64,000 bases of DNA from an uncultured Verrucomicrobiae bacterium (GTDB lineage Bacteria; Verrucomicrobiota; Verrucomicrobiia; Chthoniobacterales; UBA10450), in assembly GCA_963726745.1 (NCBI GenBank), contig CAVSDR010000003.1, positions 672,001 to 736,000 of the forward strand. The letters run 5' to 3'. Position 1 is the stretch's first letter; the number at the start of each line of letters is the position of its first letter. This document shows positions 23,046-32,700 of the stretch, piece by piece. The position numbers and the translations under genes are program-made. Under the pieces are notes generated by a model, which saw only the letters and a program-made list of their open reading frames with translations, made no database searches and was not told the DNA's origin.

Positions 23046-23081
23046 AAACAAAAAAGGCCGCGCATTGCTGCACGGCCTTTT
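23046..23081 (-). terminator. Rho-independent terminator after the FAD oxidoreductase
   Basis: Minus strand reads AAAAGGCCGTGCA-GCAA-TGCGCGGCC-TTTTTTGTTT: GC-rich stem, GNRA loop and U-tract, about 20 nt after the stop at 23102. Confidence 0.8.
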
Positions 23082-23101
23082 CGAAATTAGTCAGCGACTC
23101 G

Positions 23102-24625
23102 CTAGGTATTTTCCGGCGCGAGTTCCGGCGCGCTGGCCACACGCGTAGGCACCAAACGCAGCGCCGTCCCCGTGGTCTGCTCGACCGCGGCTTCGCCACC
23201 TTCGTGATACTCGGCGTCGCCATTCACCGCCCAAAGATCATAAAGCTTGGTGTCGGCGAGAATGTTTTCCGCACAGAGCATCGCAGTCATCATCGCGTGA
23301 TCCTGGTTGTTGTATTTGTGCATCCCGTTGCGGCCAACAAGGTGGAGGTTCGGGTAACGAGTTTCGAGCTCTTCGCGAATCGTGAGGACGTTCTGCGCGT
23401 AGTGATCGTCGTAAACCGGATAGGCTTTCTTCTGCCGGACGACGGTGCCGTCCATCAGGTCGCCTTCCTTCGCGAGGCCGATCTGCATGAGCTCGCGCTT
23501 CGCCAGCTGGATCAACTCTTCGTCGCTCGAATCCCAAAGGCCGTCGTGTTCGAAGCAGAAATATTCCAGGCCGTAGCAAGCGAGCTCGGGATCCGGGACC
23601 ATCTCGGGCGACCAGGAACGGAAGTTCTGGATGCGGCCGACCTTCACCTTCGGGTCGTGGATGTAGATCCAGTTATCGGCGAAAGCGTCGCGGTTTTTCA
23701 GGATCAACATGACCGTGAGGAAGTCGCGATACTTCAAGCCCTCGGCCGCGCGCAGGGTGCGCTCGGTGACCGCGGGGTTGAGGCCGCGGATGAGCTCGCG
23801 CATCGGCGCGGAGGAAATGACATGTTCAGCCTCGAGCGTCTGCACGTCGCCGTTGGCGTCGGTGTATTGCACTGTCCAGGTCGCCGTCTCGCTGTCGTAG
23901 CCGAGGCCAGTGACCTTGCTGCCCATGCGGATCTGGCCGCCGAGCGCGATCGTCTTCTCCGCGCAGGCTTCCCACATCATGCCCGGGCCTTTGCGCGGAT
24001 ATTTGAAGGAATTAATCAGCGTCTTGATGACGTTGTTGGGATCTTTCGACTGCTTCGCCGGCAGAAGCGCGTTCTTGATCGCGCTGCCTAACGAGAGGCC
24101 TTTGATCCGCTGCGCAGCCCAGTCAGCCGAGATTTCCTTGCAGGGAATGCCCCAGACCTTCTCGGTGTAGCTCTTAAAGAAGGTGTTGAAGAGACGCTTG
24201 CCGAATTGATTGCTCACCCAGTCCTCGAAGTTGGTCGGGTTCGGCACCGGGAAGAGGCGCGCTTTTGCGTAGGAAAGGACGCACAGGGTCGAGCGGAAGA
24301 CGCCGAGTTTCATCAGCGCTTCGAAGGCCTTCAACGGATAGGCGAAGAATTTGCCGCCGTAGAAAATGCGCGAGGATCGCGGGCGATCGAGCATGTCGTC
24401 CGGCAGGATTTCCTGCCAAAATTCGTTCACCTCTTTTGACTTCGAGAAGAAGCGATGGCCGCCGATGTCGAAGTGAAAACCTTTATAGCTCGCGGTGCGC
24501 GAAATCCCGCCGACGTAGACCGGATCGGCCTCCAGGACGGTCACCGGGGTGTTGTTTTTGGAAAGGAGGTAGGCCGCGGTCAGCCCCGCCGGTCCGGCAC
24601 CAATGATTGCTACGTTTGTTTTCAT
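23102..24625 (-). CDS. NAD(P)/FAD-dependent oxidoreductase (protoporphyrinogen-oxidase/UDP-Galp-mutase-like)
   Basis: GAGPAGLTAA dinucleotide motif, VGGISRT, DIGGHRFFSK, GRNGMHKYNNQDHAM. Confidence 0.85.
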   Translation of the reverse strand: MKTNVAIIGAGPAGLTAAYLLSKNNTPVTVLEADPVYVGGISRTASYKGFHFDIGGHRFFSKSKEVNEFWQEILPDDMLDRPRSSRIFYGGKFFAYPLKAFEALMKLGVFRSTLCVLSYAKARLFPVPNPTNFEDWVSNQFGKRLFNTFFKSYTEKVWGIPCKEISADWAAQRIKGLSLGSAIKNALLPAKQSKDPNNVIKTLINSFKYPRKGPGMMWEACAEKTIALGGQIRMGSKVTGLGYDSETATWTVQYTDANGDVQTLEAEHVISSAPMRELIRGLNPAVTERTLRAAEGLKYRDFLTVMLILKNRDAFADNWIYIHDPKVKVGRIQNFRSWSPEMVPDPELACYGLEYFCFEHDGLWDSSDEELIQLAKRELMQIGLAKEGDLMDGTVVRQKKAYPVYDDHYAQNVLTIREELETRYPNLHLVGRNGMHKYNNQDHAMMTAMLCAENILADTKLYDLWAVNGDAEYHEGGEAAVEQTTGTALRLVPTRVASAPELAPENT

Positions 24626-24631
24626 GTTTGT

Positions 24632-25849
24632 TTAAGCGACCCAGTTTCCCCGGGTAAAATTCCAGACCCACCAGCCTTGCAGGCCGAGGCCGGCCACACA
24701 GAGCAGTGCGATCGTGGCCATCCCCAAGGCGCGTATCGGGAGCGACGGGCGGGGAAGTTGGGCCAAAAAGTGCGAGAACGCCAGCACGATCAGCGCATAG
24801 GCGCAAAACTGATAGCGCATCATGCTTTCCATCTGCACCGAGGCCACGCCACTGACGGCGATGTAATAAGTGACGAAGGCGAGGAAATAGAGCCCGATAC
24901 GCAAGCGCCAGGCCGTCTGCCGGCGCCACGCCGGGAGCAATTCACAGAGCGCGACCACCAGGAAAAGCGCCGCGCCCGCGGTCATCGTAACCTGGCTCCA
25001 TTGCGTTGGATCTCTCAACGGCGGGAGCATCCAGTGGTAGCTTTCCGGCTTGAAGATGGCGAGGTAATCGGGCCGCACATCCCAGCCGGCCCGCTGCGTG
25101 AGCATGTAAAGATCCCAGCGCCCCCAGCGGAAGAGGCAGTAGACGAAAAAGCTGAGCCCGCCGAGCGTGGCCACGCCCATGAGCACGACCGCGGCGAGAT
25201 ATTCCCGCAGCCAGCCGCCGACCGCGCGGAAGCGCGTCCAGCCGCCGGCGAAAACCCGCTGCACCACCGGGTAGGCCGCGCACGGCAGACCGACGATGCG
25301 CGTGGCCGACATGACGAGACCGTGCAGCGCCGCGAGCACCCAGGCCGCCCGCCCCTCGGCGCCGCTCCAATAGACAAAACCAAGCAGCGCCATCATGAAG
25401 AGCGACTCGGAATAAGCCGCCACGAGGAAGAACGCCGCGGGATGCGCCACGATCGCCAGCGCGCCGAAGAACTGCAGCAGCGGCGAGATTTTCCAGCGCG
25501 CCGCGAGCAGGAAAAAGTAGGTCCAGAATCCGCAGGCGGCCGCCTGTGCAGTGAGCAACAAAGCGTCGCCTGTTTCCAGGCGAGTGAGCTTCTGGAGCGC
25601 CGCCGCGATCATCGGATACGCCGGGAAGAAAGCCACGTTCGAGACTTCCATCAGCTTATGCTGGATCGGCGGCAGGATGGTGTTGTAGCCGCGGTCGATG
25701 ATGTTTTGGAACCAATAGCTATCGTGCTGCACGAGCGTGCGGTAGCGCTCGAGAAGCGGCCCTTCGGGCGCGAGGAAAACCACCGCGACCAGCAGTTGCA
25801 CGAGCAGGACGCCGAGACCGAGGAGGAAAGCGCGCAGGACGGGATTCAT
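24632..25849 (-). CDS. Integral membrane GT-C glycosyltransferase (PIG-V/mannosyltransferase-like)
   Basis: HDSYWFQNIIDRGY, AFFPAYP, AYSESLF and about ten TM segments. Start 25849 or 25972. Confidence 0.7.
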   Translation of the reverse strand: MNPVLRAFLLGLGVLLVQLLVAVVFLAPEGPLLERYRTLVQHDSYWFQNIIDRGYNTILPPIQHKLMEVSNVAFFPAYPMIAAALQKLTRLETGDALLLTAQAAACGFWTYFFLLAARWKISPLLQFFGALAIVAHPAAFFLVAAYSESLFMMALLGFVYWSGAEGRAAWVLAALHGLVMSATRIVGLPCAAYPVVQRVFAGGWTRFRAVGGWLREYLAAVVLMGVATLGGLSFFVYCLFRWGRWDLYMLTQRAGWDVRPDYLAIFKPESYHWMLPPLRDPTQWSQVTMTAGAALFLVVALCELLPAWRRQTAWRLRIGLYFLAFVTYYIAVSGVASVQMESMMRYQFCAYALIVLAFSHFLAQLPRPSLPIRALGMATIALLCVAGLGLQGWWVWNFTRGNWVA

Positions 25850-26042
25850 GGAGTGCGGTTGGGTGGAAGACACCGCAGCCGCGCGCTCGATCGAAGGGGA
25901 AACTCCCGGACGCCGCTCTGCCTGTGCAGAGGCAAATCGCACCCTCGGGGGGCTCTGGACGCCGGATTCCATCGAGCAGTCTTGGACGAGGACACCGGGG
26001 GTTTATTCGCCGCGAAGGGAGCAATTTCCCGCGCGGCCGCGC

Positions 26043-26372
26043 TCAATGCCCGCCGGTGACGGTGTAACCCTCGCGCCGCAGGTCTTCCGCGAGGTCCATT
26101 TCCATCTGCAGAGCGGCGTCGTAGGGCATCGGGTTGAGGTGCTCGTAGAGCTCCGGGAGGAGGCGCACCCCGTATTTTTCCACCACCCACGCGGCTTTGT
26201 AGCCGTGCTTGTGATTCTCGAAGCGATGCTCCGGCGGCAAGCCGCTCATCCCCACGTAGACACACGGCCGCGCCGGGTCGCGCCCGGGATTAGCCGACAA
26301 GATGGAGCGGTGCTTCGCCGCCTGGGAATCGAGCAGGATGACGTAGACGTGGTGGTGAAACTTCGCCGACAC
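26043..26372 (-). CDS. Small GIY-YIG-like protein
   Basis: HVYVIL...VYVGMS...RFENH...E pattern matches the GIY-YIG core. Confidence 0.55.
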   Translation of the reverse strand: MSAKFHHHVYVILLDSQAAKHRSILSANPGRDPARPCVYVGMSGLPPEHRFENHKHGYKAAWVVEKYGVRLLPELYEHLNPMPYDAALQMEMDLAEDLRREGYTVTGGH

Positions 26373-26392
26373 GCGGGCCGAGGGCGCGAGGG

Positions 26393-29300
26393 CTAGGGAA
26401 GCCCGCTGCCGGATTGCGTCCGCGTCACTGAGGTGTCGCCAATGTTCACGACGCCATCGTGGTTGAAATCTGACCGGAAATTAGTGCTGTCGGCTTCCGC
26501 GCCGGAACGGCTCCGCGTTTGCAGGGCATCGCCGCCGTTGACCACGCGGTCGCCGTTGCTGTCGCCCAGGAGGGTGCTCAGGGGAACGTTCACGCAGCCG
26601 ACATTCGCGCCTGTGCTGGCGCCATTGATCGTGACCGTAGTGGTGCTGGCATTGGCCACGCCGGTGAGATCGATCGTCGCTTCCGCGCCGTTGATATTGA
26701 ACGCGGAGACGCCGCCGGCGCCGCTCGTGACGGTGGCATCCGTGGCGCTGAGCGCGCTGGCAAAAGTGACGACCACGCGGTGGTCGCCGGTGGCGCCGCC
26801 CGCGCGCGGTTCCACGCCCGAGGTGCCGCTGAGCGGGAGCGGAACGTCGAAGTCGCCCGCGCTCCCATGCGTCTTGCGCGAGACCGCGCTTACCGGCAGC
26901 GGCGAGCAGGTAAATCCATCCTGGAAGGTGATCGTATCGACGCGCCAGCCCACGGCGGCCACACTCGAATCCGAACCCATGCGGAAACGCAACTTCACGG
27001 TCTGGCCAGCGAGGTTCGGACCCAGGTCCACCACGGTGGTGAGGTAGCCGCCGGAGTTTCCACTCCAGCCTGCCCGGCCGCCGATGGGATTGCTATAGGA
27101 AGCGCTGATGGTCGAGTTGTAGCCGTTGCTGAGGAAAGTTCCGCCGACGGCGACATTGGTCACGTCGGTGAAGGCGCCCGCGTTGATGTTGGGCGCGGAA
27201 ACTTCGAGCACGCCGCCATCAAAGCCGGATTCCAAATCGTAATTCTGGCGGAAGCTCAGGCGCGGCGAGGTCGAGCTGACCGCGAGACCGGGGCTTTCGA
27301 GGCGCTTGTCGCTGATCGCGCTCGGGTCGTCGACAAAGGCGGCATTGGGCGCGCTCGCGGGGGTGGTCGTGGTGGTGACCCAAAGCGGCGTCGCTCCCAC
27401 GGCGTTTGTGGCTGTCCAACCCGCGGGCAATGCCGGCGCGGTCACGCCATCAAAATTTTCCACCGTGACCGTGGGCCGGGCGGATCCAGTGGTGAAGCTG
27501 AAGGTCGCCGGCGGCCGGGCACCGACGGAGTCCTGCAATTGCAAGGTCGCGGTGACGTTGCTGCCACACGCGACCGAAGGCGTAAAGGTGAAGAGCCGGC
27601 AGGTGGCCGCACCGCCGGTCGGGAGCGAGCCGTAGCTCTGCGGGCCGCTGGGATTCGTCACCCCGCCGGTGGCCTGGAGCGTGCCGACGACGTTGTTCGC
27701 GCCGAGATCGCCGGTGTTGTTGACGCAGAGGAAAACCGAGGCCGTCTGGCCGGGGTTTACGTTCGTGGGCGGGAGATTGCTGCAGCTCCCAGCCGCGACT
27801 TGCGCACCGGCGGGGCTGAGGAGTGCGGCCGGCTCCGGCGGCGTGAAGTTGTCGACTATTTTAGCCGACCAGATCTCTTCCTTCGCGCCGCTGCGGCGAT
27901 CGGTCCACGAGGGGAAGAAGGTGGTCGCGTAGCCGGAGAGTCCATTGTAATCGCCGTATTGATTGCCCGAATCCGCGCCGGTGATGGTCTCGTCGGTCGT
28001 GCCGCTGGTCACTTTCAAAGCCGCCGACCAGGTGGCGCCGCCATCGGAGGAGGACTGATACCAGACGTCGGTCTTCTTGCGCGCGCTGTCGCCCACGGTG
28101 TCGTAGTAGGTAATCGCGATCCCGCCGCTGGTTTCGTCGACCGCAAGCCACTGGTTAAACTGGTCGTTCAAGCTCGATTGGTTGTTGATCTTTACCGGGG
28201 TCGACCAGGTGGCACCGCCATCGGTTGAGCGGGCAAACCAAATGCGCGTCTTGCAGGTGGAAGCGGCGTTCGAGCCGGGCTCGTTTGCCGCGGCGGTGCA
28301 GCCGGTTTGGCCGGAGAGATCGGTCCAGGTGGCGTAGACATTATTGACTCCGCCCGCGGTGCGATAAGTCCCGAGGGTGACGTAAATCAGAATGCGCCGG
28401 CCGTTGAACGCCGGCACGCCGATGTCGTAGCTGTCGTAGGTGGTCGCGACCTGGATCGGCGCGCTGTAGCTCGCGCCGCCGTTGGTTGACTTGACCACAA
28501 AAATCTTGCGGCTCGTGGTCGCAGGCCAGGCGCCGAAGACATCGCCCTGGCGGTTCGTCTTCACGTCCGCGCCGATGCAGGTGCCGCTGCTTTCCGCGCC
28601 GCTCACCTGCGTGGGCGTGCCCCAGGTGCCGCCAGCGCCGGCGGTGCGGCGGTTCATAAACGCCGGGTTGCCGTTGTGCCAGATGGCATACATCTGGTTG
28701 AAGAACGGCGAGGTGCTGCTGTGGTCGACCCAGACCATCTGCTTGTCGACGTTCGTCTGCGTGCCCGAGACGGTCGCCTCGTAGGTCCAGGTGAGGCCGT
28801 TATCGGTCGAGAAATAATTCTGCAACTTCAAGACCGTGGCCGCCGCATTGATCCCGAGAGTCGAGGACCAGGCGCGACCATCGGAGGTCCACTCCGCCGT
28901 CGGGTCGGAGTGGAAAGCGTCCCCGGTGACCAGCGGGAGGAGCGATTGGCTCCAACTCGAGCCGCTGTTGATCGAGAAATAAATCCCCTGCTGGCCAGTG
29001 CCGCTGATGTTGTTGGAGGCTGCGAGGATCTTCGAGGGATCGAAGAAGTTCACCCGGATGTCCGATTCGCTCCGCGCGGCCGTTTGCGTCCCGGAGATGC
29101 GGAAGTCGCCGTTGTTCGTGGCGTCGGGGTCACTGCTTTTGGCGCCCACCGACTCGCCCGGCCCCGCCTTGAGGTCCTGGTGCGTCATCATCCATTCGAG
29201 CACTTCCTTGAGCACGTGCGGATAGCCGCCCGTCGGGTCGTTCCCATCGAAGGTGGCGTCTGGCCGCGCCTGACGCCACCAGACGCGCAGCCACGCCGGC

Positions 29301-29569
29301 AAGCCGCGTTTGTCGTTCGCTTCCTCGGCGCGCAGGATCGAGAAATCCTGGTGCTCGCGGATCAACGTCTCGAGCGCGCTCCCGGATTCCACCCGCCGGC
29401 CGTCATACTCCTGCGCGAGTTGCGTCTCGACCGAGGGCCAACGCGCCGCGCCTTTCACCGCGCTCCCATTTTTCGCCGGGGTCTGCGCCAGCGCGGAGAG
29501 AGAAAGGCAAAGGCTCGCGACGGCCGAAATGGAGAGGGAGAACCGACGCGGACAGAGGAGCATATTCAT
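26393..29569 (-). CDS. Large secreted Asp-box (BNR/sialidase-like) beta-propeller protein with C-terminal SRKTHG domain and dockerin-like repeat
   Basis: Signal peptide; Asp-boxes STDNGLTW, STNGGASY, STDGGATW, SSDGGATW; ESGFDGGVLE jelly-roll; SAVSRKTHGSAGDFDVPLPL; GDSNGDRVVNGGD...DFNHDGVVNIGD. Confidence 0.8.
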   Translation of the reverse strand: MNMLLCPRRFSLSISAVASLCLSLSALAQTPAKNGSAVKGAARWPSVETQLAQEYDGRRVESGSALETLIREHQDFSILRAEEANDKRGLPAWLRVWWRQARPDATFDGNDPTGGYPHVLKEVLEWMMTHQDLKAGPGESVGAKSSDPDATNNGDFRISGTQTAARSESDIRVNFFDPSKILAASNNISGTGQQGIYFSINSGSSWSQSLLPLVTGDAFHSDPTAEWTSDGRAWSSTLGINAAATVLKLQNYFSTDNGLTWTYEATVSGTQTNVDKQMVWVDHSSTSPFFNQMYAIWHNGNPAFMNRRTAGAGGTWGTPTQVSGAESSGTCIGADVKTNRQGDVFGAWPATTSRKIFVVKSTNGGASYSAPIQVATTYDSYDIGVPAFNGRRILIYVTLGTYRTAGGVNNVYATWTDLSGQTGCTAAANEPGSNAASTCKTRIWFARSTDGGATWSTPVKINNQSSLNDQFNQWLAVDETSGGIAITYYDTVGDSARKKTDVWYQSSSDGGATWSAALKVTSGTTDETITGADSGNQYGDYNGLSGYATTFFPSWTDRRSGAKEEIWSAKIVDNFTPPEPAALLSPAGAQVAAGSCSNLPPTNVNPGQTASVFLCVNNTGDLGANNVVGTLQATGGVTNPSGPQSYGSLPTGGAATCRLFTFTPSVACGSNVTATLQLQDSVGARPPATFSFTTGSARPTVTVENFDGVTAPALPAGWTATNAVGATPLWVTTTTTPASAPNAAFVDDPSAISDKRLESPGLAVSSTSPRLSFRQNYDLESGFDGGVLEVSAPNINAGAFTDVTNVAVGGTFLSNGYNSTISASYSNPIGGRAGWSGNSGGYLTTVVDLGPNLAGQTVKLRFRMGSDSSVAAVGWRVDTITFQDGFTCSPLPVSAVSRKTHGSAGDFDVPLPLSGTSGVEPRAGGATGDHRVVVTFASALSATDATVTSGAGGVSAFNINGAEATIDLTGVANASTTTVTINGASTGANVGCVNVPLSTLLGDSNGDRVVNGGDALQTRSRSGAEADSTNFRSDFNHDGVVNIGDTSVTRTQSGSGLP

Positions 29570-29727
29570 CGGGAGAGGGCGAAAGGGTCGACATGCTGAG
29601 CCCAGCCACCACCGGTGTCACGCTCCAAAATGCGACCACTTTCCCGGGCAAAGTTGCTGGCTATTTCTCCCGGTAAATCTCATACCCGCGGAAGTTTATT
29701 CAGCTCCGCAAAATGCGGAGAAGGCGC

Positions 29728-32700
29728 TTACCGCAAGTCGTAGACTTCCACCAGCGCCACCCCGGTCGAGCCGTTCTTCCCGCGCACAATCGCGGTGTAC
29801 GCGCCGGGCACGAGCGTGGCCACGATCGCTGCTTCCCGCGCGTCGGAGGGCGGCACTGTCGTGGCGATGATCTCGCTCTCCTGCGTCGCCCGCCAGTCGT
29901 CGTTCGTGATCGCGCTGCCGTTGGAGTTGAAGAGCGAAAGCTCCGGGTCCTCCAGCCGGCCCGCGACCGGCAGCGACGGCCCGACCGCCCGCACCAAAAC
30001 GCTGGCTGGTTGCGGTCCGCCGATGATGAAGCCGCCGATCATCACGTTGTCGCCCGTGAGCACGCGGCCGCGGGTGGAAATATTAGCCAGCAACTCGGGG
30101 TTGGCCGGTTCCAGGTCGTAGATCTCGATCACGGCCACGCCCGTGGCCGAGCCCTGGCCACGCACGATCGCCGTGTGCGCTCCGGGTGAGAGCGTGGCCA
30201 CGATGGCCGACTCGAGGTCGTTCGACGGCGGCACGGTCGAGGCAATGATCTCGGCCTCCTGGGTCGAGCGCCAATTGTCGTTGAAAACACGGGAGCCATC
30301 CGGCTTGAACAACTCCAGCGTGGTGTCGCCGAGGCGATCGGCCAGCGGGAGCGATGGGCCGATCGCGCGGAGGATGACCTTCTTGGGCGCGCTTCCGGTG
30401 ATGATGAAGCCACCGATCAAGACGTTGTCGCCTGTCTCCACGCGCATCCGGCTGGAGATGTTTCGCAAGGTCGGCAGAACAGGATTTGCCCCCGAGACGG
30501 TGAGGCTCGCGCCCGTGCTGCGAAGCGCGACCTGGAGATTGCCGCTGGTGCTGGCAAAGGCGCCGCTGGCCGATCCGTAACTCAGCGGGACCAGGGGCGC
30601 GTGCGGATCCGGCGTGAAGCCAGCGATCGTCCGCAAGCTCAGCTGGCCGTCGAGGGTCGCCACCCCAGCGACTTTCAATTGATCGAATTGTGGCGCGTAA
30701 GCGTTCGTCCCGCCCACTTCGAGCAGGAGCGTTCCGCCCGCCGACTGGGTGAAGTTGCCGGAGACGCTGATCGCGCCCGCGGAATGCCCCGGCGCGAGGT
30801 AGCCGCCGTCGTTCGTCAGGTCGCCGGCAATCTGTCCCTGGCCATTGAGGATGCCGCCCTGCAGCAGCACCGGACCGATCAAGCGGATGCCGCTGAGGTC
30901 GGTGCTCCCGGCAGTTTGCCGGAAAATATTTGACTCGTTAGCCGCAGCGCGTGCCGGCTGGTGGCCCGGGATGAAATTACCGGCGCCCCCAGAAATGATG
31001 TTGCCGCCTCCGCCGGAGACAATGCCCGCGCCGTCCTGGCCGATCAGGGAAGCGCCATCGTTCGAGATGATCGAAGCGCCGTCGTTGGAAATGATGGAGG
31101 CGCCGTCATTTGAGATAATGCCCGCGCCATCCTGGCCGATGAGGGAAGCGCCGTCATTCGCGAGGATCGAGGCGCCGTCATTCGAAATGATGCGCCCCCC
31201 GTTGTTCTCGAAGGTCGCCACGAGCACGTTGCGCGGCGTCTCCGGCACCGGAGTTGATGATGGACGAGCTTCGCGTTTGCCGCCGGTGCGACGTCCCATG
31301 AGGAACTGGCCCGCGTTCCGGAAAAAGGCGGCCACGCCATCGAAGAATCCATTGCGTCCGACCGCCGCTTTCGACGCGACGCCGCCGGTGTTTCGGATGC
31401 CGGTAATGCCAGCGCGCCCGATCAAGTTGGTTGCGCCCTGGTTCTCGATCGTCCCGCTGAAGGCGACGTCTTCTTCATTCACCAGGAGCATCGAACCGCT
31501 GGGCGTGATCGTCAGGTTAGGCAGCGAGATGGTGCCGCGGGAAATCGTGAGGGTGCCCGTGATGGTCAGCGCGCCGGGCCCTTCTAGCGAACCGCCATGC
31601 AAGCCCACCGCGAGCGCCGTGACCTCCGCGGAAAGGGCCACGCGGAAGTCGCCGACAATCGCGAGATCGCCTGGGCCGGGCACGCCGCTGTTTCCCTGCG
31701 CGTCGAGCCAGCGCGCCGGATCGCTCCAGGCGCCATCGGCCAACCGTTGGAAAACCTTCCCGCCAGCCGGCGCGATGCGCACATGCACCGGGATGGCGTC
31801 GCCGGTCACGCCCAGTTCATCGACGGCGCTCGCTTCGACCACATGGTCACCGGGCGCCGGTGGGGTGAAACTCCGGCTGCCGCTCGAGGCGTTGAAACTC
31901 TCGATCGTCTGGCCGTCGTAGAGCAGGCGGAGGGTTTTGATCGCGGGACCGCCGTTGGCCATGGCATTCGCCGAGACCGTGAACGCGCCCGCAGGCAGCG
32001 GCACAGGAAACTCGAAGTCGGTGCCTAAACCAGCGCCGGAAAGGCCAGGCGAATTCACGCTGACCGCCGGCGACGGACTATTAATCAGATTGAATGGCCC
32101 CACGCCGCGCGAAGGGCTGTCGATGTAGCCCGGCGCGCTCGCCACCGCGCGGAAGTAGAGTGCGCCGTTCGCCGGATACTTGTTCGAGTCGAGATAGAAA
32201 TCGCCGGGATTGCGATAGCGCGCCATCCGTCCGCCGTTGCCGTCGGCCAGGTCGGTCCAATTGCTCTCGTCGCCGGGCGAGGTCGCGCTCTGGATGCGCA
32301 TGGAGACGCCGGATGGATGCGCTTCGTCGAAGGCGCGGAAGTTGATCACCGCGCCGGGGCCGTTGCGGGTCGTCGAAAGAATCGTGCGCCCGAGATGCGG
32401 CGTGGAAGAGGTGAGATCGAAAGGGCCGACCACATTCGAGCTGCTGGCAGCATGACCGGGCGCGCTGGAAAGCGCGCGGAAGTGCACTCCCGTCACGCGC
32501 GGATAGGTCGTGGTGTTCAGCACGTAGGTCTCGTTGGTCACGTCGAAAATCATCCGGCCGAAGCTGCCGTTGTTCAGGTCGGTCCAACTCGCTTCGTCCG
32601 CTGGAGTGACCGAGCTTTGCACGCGCACCGCCAGCCGCGCGGCGGTTGAAGGCTGCGTCACCCGCATTCGCAGCACAGAATCCCGCGCGACTGGAACACC

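Noticed and set aside
29704..29720. Hairpin CTCCGCA-AAA-TGCGGAG as the terminator of protein A
   Set aside because: No U-tract follows on the minus strand, so it is not called as a terminator.
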